Below are positions 8,185-17,839 of a stretch of DNA of 64,000 nt, in pieces. Position numbers and translations under genes: made by a program. Position 1 is the first letter of the stretch. Every line of letters begins with the position of its first letter. The DNA is taken from sequence record PV796108.1; one strand, written 5' to 3'. A model generated the notes under the pieces. It did not search any database. It saw nothing but the letters and a program-made list of their open reading frames with translations, and was not told the origin of the DNA.

Positions 8185-9723
8185 TTGACGAACTTAGAAA
8201 CATTAAGAAATCGAGTTTCACATATTGTAACGTCTAGAAGACTGGTAGATGATGGTCTTATCAAGGAACATATCACAATTCCACAATCTGAAGTGGAAGA
8301 AGGTAAGATTGTTAGAGAAGTAGTTTTCGAAGCAATTAAAGATACATTCACTGGATGTCGTATTAATCCAAATAAACATTCGTTTTCAGTTAAATTGGAT
8401 GGTGCAATCAGTGTTAAAGCACAGGAGCTTTATGATTATATTCAAGAGCATCCACATTGGAAGTCTTTCTTAGAGTCACAGCATTCTAGCAAGTTACGTA
8501 CAATTTTAAATCTCTCAAATGTTTATCAAGAAAGGAGAGAATTAAAATATAAGAAAGAAGATGATGGGCGCCGTTTCATTTATGTACCATTTGAACCAAA
8601 GGACATTCCGAGTTATAACCAACAAGGTCTGTATTATATGCTTCAGTACTTATCTGAAAGTTTTAGTCGTGAACGTAGAGCTTCTGAGATTTTTGATGAA
8701 GTTATGCAATTGATTGAGACTGAACGTGAACGTCGTATCGAAGAACGTAACCGTTTAATGGCACGTATCGAAGCGAAGTACAAGGAAGATATCAAAGCAA
8801 GCTTGTTGAAACCCATCGGAGCGATTCAAGGAGATGTTCGTGAGAAACTTATCCAAGAACGTATGGTGAAATGGTGTAATGAGCAAGGTTTAGCACCAGC
8901 TATCCCTCAAGAGCTTACATATCAAAACATTATTCCAGTAGGTACAGAAGTATCTGTAGTTGTTAAGTCAGGTTCTCAAGAAGAAGGATGGTTTGCAGTT
9001 CCACGTTCTGGAGGATTTGATATTCCTGAAGGATTTGAACGTTTAATGGTTTATGATAATGTAACTCGTCACGATGCATTACACCAACGTTCTCGTAATG
9101 GTTCAGCTCCAATCGTAATCAATGAAGATACTTTCACTGAGTTTGACATTGCTTATTGGAATCATTTAATCCCAGCGGAACATGCTCAGTATAAAGCAGG
9201 TTATGAGGCTGTAGTTGCTTCTGTAACGGCTGCTGAAATTAAAGTAGTACAAGACTTACTTGATGAGCAAAAACGTGAGGAAGAGGCACGTATTCAACGT
9301 CAGAAGGAAGAGCTTGCACAACGACGTGAAGAATTAAGACGTCAACGTGAGCGTGAAGATGAAGAGTTACGTAATCTTGAACGTTCTTATGACAATGAAA
9401 ATGAACAAAAGCGTCAAGAAAGAAAACGTAGAAGCTTAGATGCGATTGCTCGTCAGTTACAAGAACAAGCTGAAACACATTCTGTACCAGAGGACGATGA
9501 TTTGTTTGAAGAGATTATCGAATCTGATTACAAACTCTTGTATAATCCATTTGGTGTAGATAGTAAGTTTACGTTAGTTCATCCAGATGGTGAGGAAGAA
9601 AACTTCTCAAGTGAAGATGATTTAAAGGTTCGTGTCTTTGAAGAATTAGAATTAGATGAACATGAAGCAGTTGTTTATCACAAAATTAATCAAAGTCGTG
9701 TGTACAAAGCTTTAGAAAAATAA
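8185..9723 (+). CDS. hypothetical coiled-coil protein occupying the PRTRC protein F position
   Basis: 512 aa, TTG start with RBS AAAGGGAGG, two charged coiled-coil stretches; assignment is positional only. Confidence 0.75.
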   Translation: MTNLETLRNRVSHIVTSRRLVDDGLIKEHITIPQSEVEEGKIVREVVFEAIKDTFTGCRINPNKHSFSVKLDGAISVKAQELYDYIQEHPHWKSFLESQHSSKLRTILNLSNVYQERRELKYKKEDDGRRFIYVPFEPKDIPSYNQQGLYYMLQYLSESFSRERRASEIFDEVMQLIETERERRIEERNRLMARIEAKYKEDIKASLLKPIGAIQGDVREKLIQERMVKWCNEQGLAPAIPQELTYQNIIPVGTEVSVVVKSGSQEEGWFAVPRSGGFDIPEGFERLMVYDNVTRHDALHQRSRNGSAPIVINEDTFTEFDIAYWNHLIPAEHAQYKAGYEAVVASVTAAEIKVVQDLLDEQKREEEARIQRQKEELAQRREELRRQREREDEELRNLERSYDNENEQKRQERKRRSLDAIARQLQEQAETHSVPEDDDLFEEIIESDYKLLYNPFGVDSKFTLVHPDGEEENFSSEDDLKVRVFEELELDEHEAVVYHKINQSRVYKALEK

Positions 9724-9753
9724 ACCGTTAGATAACTAAGGAGGAAATTTATT

Positions 9754-10479
9754 ATGGCAAACCGTCCAGATTCTATTAACATTGAGATTTTACAAGAGGG
9801 TGTTACAGTTAAAACAACGAAAGGTGGCGTAACATCTATCAAGGAAACAAATCTTGAGCAGATTCAACGTCAATTAACAAGCAATGAGCGTATTGAGACG
9901 CCGTTGCTTCCAAGTATTTGGGGTGTTCAAAAGTATGTAAAGCGTGGTAAACGTGAGCTTTATGTAATCACGACTCCTCCAGGGGTACGTAAAGTACAGT
10001 ATACTGGTGATGACCGTGGTGAGTATGAGATTCCTGTACCAGCAGCAGTTTGGTTTGTAACATCACAAGAACGTTCTGGTGGTGGACGTCAATTAGTTCA
10101 TACAACAGTTTATGCAATTAAAAATCCTATTTTAACAGGTATTGAACAATTGTATCGTATGCCATTTAGTAACTGCGATAACTCATACATTTGCTGGGGA
10201 GATGAGAGTCCACAAATTTCATCACCAAAAAGTATTCAATCTATTCCAGACCGTTTCTTTGGAATGCCTTTCAACAGTGATTTAGGAAGTAATGCGTATC
10301 AACCGATTAAAGAAGAGATTGATGGAAAAGAGATTAGTCACTTCCGTATCAATCATTTATTCCGTTACTTAGATCGTAAGTTGAAAGCAGACAAGGATTT
10401 CCGTTTCCCGAACAATCATTTAAACAGTTACGAGTCATTTAAACGTGTACTTGACCACGAGCTTCGTCGTTTATCTTAA
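9754..10479 (+). CDS. prokaryotic E2-like enzyme (Prok-E2_D / PRTRC protein B-like)
   Basis: TPLLP, IPVPAAVW, LYRMPFSNCDNSYICWGD (putative catalytic Cys in ICWG), FFGMPFNSDL. Confidence 0.8.
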   Translation: MANRPDSINIEILQEGVTVKTTKGGVTSIKETNLEQIQRQLTSNERIETPLLPSIWGVQKYVKRGKRELYVITTPPGVRKVQYTGDDRGEYEIPVPAAVWFVTSQERSGGGRQLVHTTVYAIKNPILTGIEQLYRMPFSNCDNSYICWGDESPQISSPKSIQSIPDRFFGMPFNSDLGSNAYQPIKEEIDGKEISHFRINHLFRYLDRKLKADKDFRFPNNHLNSYESFKRVLDHELRRLS

Positions 10480-10532
10480 TCTATATTTTGGTAGTTAATA
10501 AAAAAACAAACAATTAAAAGGAGAGATTTATT

Positions 10533-11912
10533 ATGACTAAAGCAGCAAAATCAAGCGCAATGGCGGCACTACGAGCAAAAATGGCAGGACAAACAATGGC
10601 ATATCACATGGGACCTCAAACAGCTGAGGTCTATGCACAAAAGCCAACAAACTATGTTACAGCAGGTAATGGTGTTTTCCGTGTTATCCAAAAGGATATC
10701 GGTGCTTTCGTAACAAAAGTTGCTGATGGTAAGATTCCAGGCTTCCCAGAGATGGAGGAAGGCGTACATTTACAAATTCCAAAGATTCCTTATAAGTATT
10801 GGTTACAAGTATTATCATTCTACAAAGATGTTAATGCGAAAGATGGTACTGAAGCATCTGTATTATTCTTCTGGAACACAAACAATGTAACATTACCAAC
10901 TCATTATGACCCAACGCCAGCACAAGCTGCAAAAGGTGAGTTAGGACCAGAAGTAAAAGGTTTAACACAAGATGGTCAATTAATCATTTATTGCCCAGTA
11001 CAAAAGAACTCTGGTAGTTTATCAGACTTCACGAAAGATTCATTTGTAGATTACTTACGTCTACATACAGCTCAGTTATGTGAAACACATTCTCATAATA
11101 CAATGGGAGCGTTCTGGTCAGGAACTGACGATAGCAATGAGAACTATCCACAGTTCTATGGTGTTATTGGTAAAGTTTCAAGCAAAGAACCTGAACATCG
11201 TTTCCGTTATGCATTAGGTAAAGAAAAATTTGATTGCGAACTATGGGAATTATTCGAAAAGCCTAAAGTTCAAAAGATGGAAATTGTAACAATCGACATT
11301 CCAGGTGTTGGCACTGTTGAAGATGTACAAGAAATTAAAAATCTTGACTTTAAAGGTCCATGGCCGATGGTTGATTATCCAAGTGATTGGATGGGTCAAC
11401 ATAGTAAAAGTTACTACACTCCCAGTTACGGCACAGCCTATACTCGTAAAACCTACGGTACAGGTGGTACAGCAGTCCAAACCCACGGAGGTCAAGGTGG
11501 CGGAATCTTTCCCAGCTACGGACACTGGCCAGAAGAATGGGACACTCTTGGGGGCTGGGCTGACGCTGGCAATCAGTCTGGCCTTGGGTTGGCTGCGGAA
11601 GTAGCTGGCGAAGGAGACTATGGTTTCGGAGAAGGTACCAGGCAAGGGCAAGAATCTTTCAACGAAGCGTACAAAAAATTCTTACAAGAACCAGTCGAGG
11701 GCCAAGGGACGTGGACGTTCTCAAAAGCAAGGGAAAAGAAAGTAGCTGAAGGTCAGCTTGAAACTGATGGTACAGTAGTTGATTATGTAATCATGGAACC
11801 AACAGAAGCTGAAGAATGTGATGAGATTCATTCAATGATTGGTGAATTAATTAACTTTGGTGTTTATGCAACCATCGTTGATATTGCGAAAGAAGAACAT
11901 CTTGTAGAGTAG
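10533..11912 (+). CDS. JAB/MPN+ metalloprotease (PRTRC protein A-like) with long C-terminal extension
   Basis: E in GTEASVLFFW plus ETHSHNTMGAFWSGTDDSNE = JAMM E...HxH-x7-S-xx-D. Confidence 0.85.
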   Translation: MTKAAKSSAMAALRAKMAGQTMAYHMGPQTAEVYAQKPTNYVTAGNGVFRVIQKDIGAFVTKVADGKIPGFPEMEEGVHLQIPKIPYKYWLQVLSFYKDVNAKDGTEASVLFFWNTNNVTLPTHYDPTPAQAAKGELGPEVKGLTQDGQLIIYCPVQKNSGSLSDFTKDSFVDYLRLHTAQLCETHSHNTMGAFWSGTDDSNENYPQFYGVIGKVSSKEPEHRFRYALGKEKFDCELWELFEKPKVQKMEIVTIDIPGVGTVEDVQEIKNLDFKGPWPMVDYPSDWMGQHSKSYYTPSYGTAYTRKTYGTGGTAVQTHGGQGGGIFPSYGHWPEEWDTLGGWADAGNQSGLGLAAEVAGEGDYGFGEGTRQGQESFNEAYKKFLQEPVEGQGTWTFSKAREKKVAEGQLETDGTVVDYVIMEPTEAEECDEIHSMIGELINFGVYATIVDIAKEEHLVE

Positions 11913-11980
11913 GCATTAGCCTACTTTACATTTTTTTATTGCACTACATATCTTATTTATATTAAAAGGAGAGATTTATT

Positions 11981-12838
11981 ATGAAACTTGAAAAAACTTA
12001 TTCTTTAGATACTATGTACAGAACTGCTAAACATTTTATCGTAATTGGAGCTGGGGGTAACGGTGGTTATTTCATTCCACAATTAGCTCGTATGGTTTCT
12101 GTTCAAAATAAAATTCGTGAAGTACAACGTTTACCATTACACCGTATTACAATCATTGAAGCTGATGGAGTAGAAGCGAAGAATTTAACTCGTCAAAACT
12201 TTATTGCAGCTGATATTGATAAAAATAAAGGTGAAGTAATGGCTGCTCGTTATGCTCGTGCTTTTGGTCTTGAAATTGGATTAGTAGGGCAATATCTTGA
12301 TAGTCATGAGATGTTACTTAAAATTATGCGTGAAAGTACATCAAAAGAAGTACCAGTTATTTGTGGTATGGTAGACAACAATAAAACTCGTAAATTAATG
12401 CATGATGCATTTAAAGCATACTCAGGTGCATTCTATCTTGATGTAGGTAATGAAGAGTTTGCAGGACAATGTGTTCTTGGTTACAACCACAACAAAGATC
12501 GTTTTGTTTTACCAAGAGAAGGTGGAGATTCAATCCAAAGCTTTAGTTTACCAAGTGTTTGTGAAGTATTCCCAGAGGTAATGGAAGCGCAAGACAAATT
12601 ACCAACTGAAATGTCTTGTGCAGAACGTTCTGAGTCAGCTCCTCAAAATATTTATACAAACATGACAGCATCAAATGAAGCATTAGGATTTGTGAACCAT
12701 TTATTAACAGACAATGTAAATGGTTCAACACCAACTGGTTTACGTGTTCATACAACAATCTTTGATGCTAACACAATGAATAAAACAACTCGTTTTAATC
12801 GTACGAGTGAGCTTGAAAAATATGTGGCGGGGAAATAA
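11981..12838 (+). CDS. ThiF/E1-like activating enzyme (PRTRC ThiF-like)
   Basis: IGAGGNGG, NLTRQNF, VDNNKTR, LDVGN, SCAE...PQN..TN. Confidence 0.9.
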   Translation: MKLEKTYSLDTMYRTAKHFIVIGAGGNGGYFIPQLARMVSVQNKIREVQRLPLHRITIIEADGVEAKNLTRQNFIAADIDKNKGEVMAARYARAFGLEIGLVGQYLDSHEMLLKIMRESTSKEVPVICGMVDNNKTRKLMHDAFKAYSGAFYLDVGNEEFAGQCVLGYNHNKDRFVLPREGGDSIQSFSLPSVCEVFPEVMEAQDKLPTEMSCAERSESAPQNIYTNMTASNEALGFVNHLLTDNVNGSTPTGLRVHTTIFDANTMNKTTRFNRTSELEKYVAGK

Positions 12839-12865
12839 TCCCTGCCCTCCTTTTTGGAGGTAGTT

Positions 12866-13297
12866 ATGTATACAACAATTGATTTATTATCAAAGAGTCT
12901 TAATGAAAATCAAATTCGTGGTAGATTAGGCTTAGATTACTCTGACATAGTTGAATTAAAACATGTACATATGCCCGTTCTTCTTCATGGAAGAAAAGGT
13001 GAAATGCATTATTACTTGTTAAAAAATCCAGATAATTATCCTGGCGCTCAAGCTGATACTTTATCTGATATGAAAAGTATTGTTGCTGTTTCTCCAGAAC
13101 TTGAACCATGGATAGAAGAACTAATAAGTGAAACAGACGAACACGACGGAAGTTTCATTGGTCGAACTAATAACTACAAAAATGATATTTACCCATATTG
13201 GTGGTTAGTTTCTCATACATTAATACCATGTTTATCAGAGTCTAATACAAGTTCAATTGTGCAACTAAAAAGTGATGAAGACTTAACAATAGATTAG
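12866..13297 (+). CDS. hypothetical protein, C-terminal tag; paralog of 13307
   Basis: MYTTI start, YYLL..P..Y.G, YWW; ends SNTSSIVQLKSDEDLTID. Confidence 0.75.
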   Translation: MYTTIDLLSKSLNENQIRGRLGLDYSDIVELKHVHMPVLLHGRKGEMHYYLLKNPDNYPGAQADTLSDMKSIVAVSPELEPWIEELISETDEHDGSFIGRTNNYKNDIYPYWWLVSHTLIPCLSESNTSSIVQLKSDEDLTID

Positions 13298-13306
13298 AGG
13301 TGACAC

Positions 13307-13741
13307 ATGTACACAACAATAAGACAATTAATGGATGATGTCGGTTTTGATGAGGTAGCTTATCAGATTGGAATGGCTGCAAAAGATATGAATAAAGCAT
13401 TTGATTTTGAAATACCTGTTTACTTAGTAGGAGAAAATCATAACAAGCAATGGTATTACTTGATAGACCATCCTGATGGATATGAAGGAGGAAATAGTAA
13501 TGTTCTTGTTGCATTACAAGATATCAAAATCTATAAAGAACGAGAAGTTCGTCCATATTCAGACTGGGAAAATCTTAGGGATGAAGTAGACGAAGATGGC
13601 GATTTCCTTGGTGATTATAATGATTATGATTCGGCAATCAACAAGTATTGGTGGATTTCTTTTAGCCAACCAATCACATTGTTTGAGTACGATAACAATC
13701 AAAATCTTAGAAAGTTAAATAAAGAAACCCCTTTTGAGTGA
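13307..13741 (+). CDS. hypothetical protein, C-terminal tag; paralog of 12866
   Basis: MYTTI start; ends NNQNLRKLNKETPFE. Confidence 0.75.
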   Translation: MYTTIRQLMDDVGFDEVAYQIGMAAKDMNKAFDFEIPVYLVGENHNKQWYYLIDHPDGYEGGNSNVLVALQDIKIYKEREVRPYSDWENLRDEVDEDGDFLGDYNDYDSAINKYWWISFSQPITLFEYDNNQNLRKLNKETPFE

Positions 13742-13827
13742 GCAATTTGTAATGGAATGTTGTATTCTATTAAATGGGATACAACCTGCCATTATAAGTG
13801 GCACTAAAATTGGGGAGGGACTTATAA

Positions 13828-14901
13828 ATGCTAGACTTTTTATTAGTTGCGATTTCCATTATTGGATTTATCGCATTAGGCGCTTTTGCGTATTCGATTT
13901 GGAAGGCTGCAAGAAACCATGAAACAACACACTATGACACGAAGGACGAACATGCTTATGGAGAATTTGCATTCAACAATAAGTTATGGGTATTACCTGT
14001 AGTTGCTATTTTGATGTTTACAATCTTCTTCTTTAACTTATGTACAACTCGTGTTCAACCAGGTTATAACGGCATTACATATTCATTAGTATCAGGTTTA
14101 AAGAATGACGTTAAGACACCAGGTTTAAAAGTGCATTATCCATGGGAAACAATTCATGATTATCCAACATCAACAGAAACGGTTTATTTAAAGAAACCAA
14201 AGAAAGATGATGGAGAGGATGACAAGAGCTTTTCAGTGAATACAAACGATGGTAAGAGTGTAGATGTAGATGCAGTTTATTCATATCATATGCAATCTGA
14301 AAAACTTCCACACATCTTTGCACGTTTCCGTCGTCAGCCATCTAATAAAATTGAGGAATCTTATATTAAACAAGAGATTTCTAACCATGTACAAGCTGCA
14401 ACAACAAAGTATTCTGTTCTAGAAGTATATTCACACAAACGTTCTGAAATCACAAAAGAGATTAAAGACAATCTAGCAAAATCACTTGTGAAAGATGGTA
14501 TTGTACTAGAGAAGTTTACAATCGCAGATGTTCGTCCTGATAAAGATACAAAAGTTAAACTTCAGGCTATTGCTGACATGCAAAACGAACAAGAACGTTT
14601 AGCTCGTGAAGAACAGGTTAAGCGTCAACAAGCAGCGAATGATAAGATTGAAGCTGAAGGTAAGAAAGTTACAGAACTTATCAACGCAGATCGTGATGCA
14701 GAGAAAATCCGTATCAATGCTGAAGCACAATCTGTAGCCAACGAAAAATTAAAAGCTTCATTAAGTCCAGAAGTTATTCAATCTGAATGGATTAAGAAAT
14801 GGAATGGACAAAAATCTGTTGTTGAAGGTGGTTCTGGTTCTATTATTAACATGCCAGCTGACATTATTAAACAACAATTGGAACAAGGGGCTAAGAAGTA
14901 A
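13828..14901 (+). CDS. SPFH/band 7/prohibitin-domain membrane protein
   Basis: two TM segments, TRVQPGYNGI, DGKSVDVD, FTIADVRPD, coiled-coil tail, KKWNG. Confidence 0.85.
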   Translation: MLDFLLVAISIIGFIALGAFAYSIWKAARNHETTHYDTKDEHAYGEFAFNNKLWVLPVVAILMFTIFFFNLCTTRVQPGYNGITYSLVSGLKNDVKTPGLKVHYPWETIHDYPTSTETVYLKKPKKDDGEDDKSFSVNTNDGKSVDVDAVYSYHMQSEKLPHIFARFRRQPSNKIEESYIKQEISNHVQAATTKYSVLEVYSHKRSEITKEIKDNLAKSLVKDGIVLEKFTIADVRPDKDTKVKLQAIADMQNEQERLAREEQVKRQQAANDKIEAEGKKVTELINADRDAEKIRINAEAQSVANEKLKASLSPEVIQSEWIKKWNGQKSVVEGGSGSIINMPADIIKQQLEQGAKK

Positions 14902-15143
14902 TAACCAACACTGTCGGAGGTGTTAAATTCGCTTCTTAACATTATCTGCATTTTTAGAAGTATTAATGGGGTAACACAGGGGTATTAAACATAAATCAGT
15001 GGGAGCTTAACGGCTCCCCTCTTTCAGGGAGGAGTAATCCTCCCCTTTCTGTTTTAAGTAATGATTCTTGAATGAGTCCCAAGAGTCAAGTAGGGCAAGG
15101 AAGAGAATTCCCCTAGATTCTCTTCCCTGAAGGAGATGATAAT

Positions 15144-15482
15144 ATGGAAAGAATAGTAGTTTATGAAGCATATGATTATGTATCAGGATGTATTATTCTA
15201 GGTATATTTATAGGAGTAGGATTTTGGATGGCTTATTACGGTGGAAGAAGAAAAATTCTCTATGGCATACTAGGAACACTTGGAATTCTATTATGTATAT
15301 TTGGAATATTATCAGCTAATCTTGAATCACTACAAAAACCAGTTAATCAGTACCTTGTTGATAAGAAAGTCATTCCACAAATTGACTTCGGAAGATACCA
15401 AGTTATTGGACAGCAAGGCGACACCTTCTTATTAGAAAGAATTGAACACACAAAAACATTTAGAGTAGATAATAGGAGGTAG
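15144..15482 (+). CDS. membrane protein, paralog of 15488 and 54367
   Basis: two TM segments then IDFGRYQVIGQQGDTFLLE. Confidence 0.7.
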   Translation: MERIVVYEAYDYVSGCIILGIFIGVGFWMAYYGGRRKILYGILGTLGILLCIFGILSANLESLQKPVNQYLVDKKVIPQIDFGRYQVIGQQGDTFLLERIEHTKTFRVDNRR

Positions 15483-15487
15483 ATACG

Positions 15488-15829
15488 ATGCAAGAACTCG
15501 TTAGTTATAGTCCACCATGGTACAGCATATTCATGATTGCATTTGGAATTGGATATGGAGTTGTTTGTGTAGTTATTGCTTTTGTCCATCACAAGCAAGG
15601 TAAAAGTAATCGCATATCTACCATACTAGCTTGTCTATTTGGAATTTTACTTTGTGCAGGATTAATTCTATTTAATATGACTGACCTTAAAACAAAGAAT
15701 GTAAAATACCAAATTCATAAAAATGATATTCCTTCTATTGATTTCGCTGACTATAAGATAGAAGAACAAACAGGAAATTACTTTATTATAGAAAAGCGTG
15801 AAAAAGAAAAGGATGTTGAATTTAAATAA
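15488..15829 (+). CDS. membrane protein, paralog of 15144
   Basis: two TM segments then IDFADYKIEEQTGNYFIIE. Confidence 0.7.
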   Translation: MQELVSYSPPWYSIFMIAFGIGYGVVCVVIAFVHHKQGKSNRISTILACLFGILLCAGLILFNMTDLKTKNVKYQIHKNDIPSIDFADYKIEEQTGNYFIIEKREKEKDVEFK

Positions 15830-15844
15830 TGGGAGGTAGTTATT

Positions 15845-16186
15845 ATGTTAAAAGCACTGTTTCCAAAGAAACCTACACCTCATGAGTTAGAAATAATAAG
15901 ACTACAAAAGAAAATAGCACAACTAGAAGATGAGAATCATGAGTTACAAATGAAATTAAAAGTGAAACGAGTTATTGATGCGCCGACGCCAGTTAATGGT
16001 TTAATCATGACTTCTAATACATACGAAGTCTTTTCTCGTCATGAGAAGATGACACTAAGTGAAGGTGCTATCAGATGGAGAGGTCTTGAAATAGTTAAAA
16101 CAAACTCATTGGCATTTACAGATGGGTTGTTGTACTATCTTTCAGAGTATGAAGAATACATGAAAGAGAAAGGCGTGAAAGGATGA
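15845..16186 (+). CDS. hypothetical protein with short coiled coil
   Basis: 113 aa, RBS GGGAGG. Confidence 0.7.
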   Translation: MLKALFPKKPTPHELEIIRLQKKIAQLEDENHELQMKLKVKRVIDAPTPVNGLIMTSNTYEVFSRHEKMTLSEGAIRWRGLEIVKTNSLAFTDGLLYYLSEYEEYMKEKGVKG

Positions 16187-16635
16187 ACATCAAGACATTA
16201 AGTATTCTTCATAGTAATTTAAGCGCAGAAGAAAGAGGTATTTTCTATAAAGACATTCTGCAAAAATTACATGAGAAGAGACAACAAAAAGATATGGTTT
16301 TAAATTTAACTGGTTTACCATATTCTAGTGCAAAGCATGTGCAACAGATGGAATGTGGTATGCCTGTTTATCTATTAAAGAACCCTAACGTTCATGATAG
16401 ATATGCTATTTCTGCTTATTTAGATGAAGAATGTACGCAACATGTAGGCTGGGTTAGTCGTGGCGGAGGTACTTTATTCCCTCAGGCACAAGCAAATCAT
16501 GAAGTTTACAGAAAAATTATCCAAAAAGAGAAATTTATTCTTGCATATCCGTTTAAAAGTGGATACTATATAACCAAAAGCTTGAGCAATCAAAATACTT
16601 TAGGCGTTATGAAACACGATGAAGTATTATATTGA
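16183..16635 (+). CDS. HIRAN-like domain protein with C-terminal tag
   Basis: LLKNPNVHDRYAISAY...HVGWV resembles HIRAN EPxNxxDxxAI...IGYV; ends NQNTLGVMKHDEVLY. Confidence 0.55.
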   Translation: MNIKTLSILHSNLSAEERGIFYKDILQKLHEKRQQKDMVLNLTGLPYSSAKHVQQMECGMPVYLLKNPNVHDRYAISAYLDEECTQHVGWVSRGGGTLFPQAQANHEVYRKIIQKEKFILAYPFKSGYYITKSLSNQNTLGVMKHDEVLY

Positions 16636-16837
16636 TATTCATTTTGAACAAGGGAGATAGTTTTTGTCTCTCTTTTTGAAAATGAATACGCCAAACAGTA
16701 CCCGTGCAGAAAGGAACCCAAAAGAGTAAGCGTCAGCTGCACACGTAGGGGAATCATGGACTTTTGTTTTCTACCCTCTGGACTAGAGATATACCTCAAA
16801 ACAGAGGGTATTTTCATAAATAAAGGAGGGTAAGACA

Positions 16838-17266
16838 ATGATTGATAAGTTAAAACACTTTGTAACATTTAGTGAAGCTTTAAAGAAAGAAACTGAACAT
16901 GGTAAAGAATTTACTGTTGGTGGAAAGATAACCAGCATATTGAACACAACACACTTTGTTGATAAAATAGAAGAACCGAAAGATCATTTTGTATACCTTA
17001 TGTTGGACGATGCAGTTGGTGAGCAATCCGTAGCCTTACCTTTAGGTGCTTACGAACATGCAGTTGCTCGTTACGGCATTGGAGTAGGTTCTATTGTTTT
17101 AGTTCAAGGGATGTTACAAATCTTAGATTTTTCATTTGAGTACAAGGATAAACGAGGAATGATTTACAAGTCAAATGGTGTAAATCATCCAGAACAAACT
17201 AAACGTATTGTAGGATGGAAAGTAACTCCATTACCTGAAGAAGTACCGACACTATCGAAGGATTAA
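16838..17266 (+). CDS. stand-alone OB-fold protein resembling DnaE C-terminal OB domain
   Basis: FTVGGKITSI...YLMLDDAVGEQSV...GSIVLVQG pattern. Confidence 0.6.
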   Translation: MIDKLKHFVTFSEALKKETEHGKEFTVGGKITSILNTTHFVDKIEEPKDHFVYLMLDDAVGEQSVALPLGAYEHAVARYGIGVGSIVLVQGMLQILDFSFEYKDKRGMIYKSNGVNHPEQTKRIVGWKVTPLPEEVPTLSKD

Positions 17267-17283
17267 TTTCCTTCGTTTTTTAT

Positions 17284-17839
17284 GTGTGTAAAAGGTTCTT
17301 TGTCCGTTCGATTCGGGATACACACACCTAAGTACAAGAGTAATGATGCATATACATAATCAGTGCCTCTTTGAATTGTTGCCAATAGGGGTGAATGGGT
17401 TTCGGCTAATTAAAACGTCCAGCTTCAGTATATTTCATTACTCTCCCTTATGGGAAAGCTCATACGTATCGTGTGGGTTTCCTCATAAGGGAGACAGCCA
17501 TGTGACAGAAGTAAGAGTTATTGATCGTAGCTTCCTTGAAATCGAGATGCCAATAGATTCGTATAAGACAAGAGATTAAGAAGTTATTCTTATGCCTGTT
17601 ATCTTATATGAGTTGCGGCCTTACAGAGGTGTCTACTCTGATGCGAATGACCGTAGAAGCACTCTTATGAAAGTCTGAGGTGAATCTCTTATGATTGAAA
17701 GTAACTAGAACTTGCCGAGAAGGGGTAAACTCTGAACCCTTTGGACAGGTGCATCCTTCAAAGCATTAACTTCCTAAGTTCAAAAACTTTCAAGTGAATG
17801 ATAAGGAGTATGGGCTACTAACTATGCTCCTTGTTTTTC
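17284..17839 (+). ncRNA. candidate large structured ncRNA
   Basis: no RBS-supported ORF over about 670 nt; tRNA-like 5' element, long hairpin 17442-17494, terminator 17803-17839. Confidence 0.5.

Noticed and set aside
11981-12838. ThiF/MoeB for thiamine or molybdopterin biosynthesis
   Set aside because: No thi or moa genes nearby, no paired CxxC Zn sites, and the neighbours are E2, JAB and a GTKG-ending Ubl
17284-17329. Canonical tRNA gene
   Set aside because: Only 45 nt, no D or anticodon arm, ends ACCT; no true tRNA seen in the window
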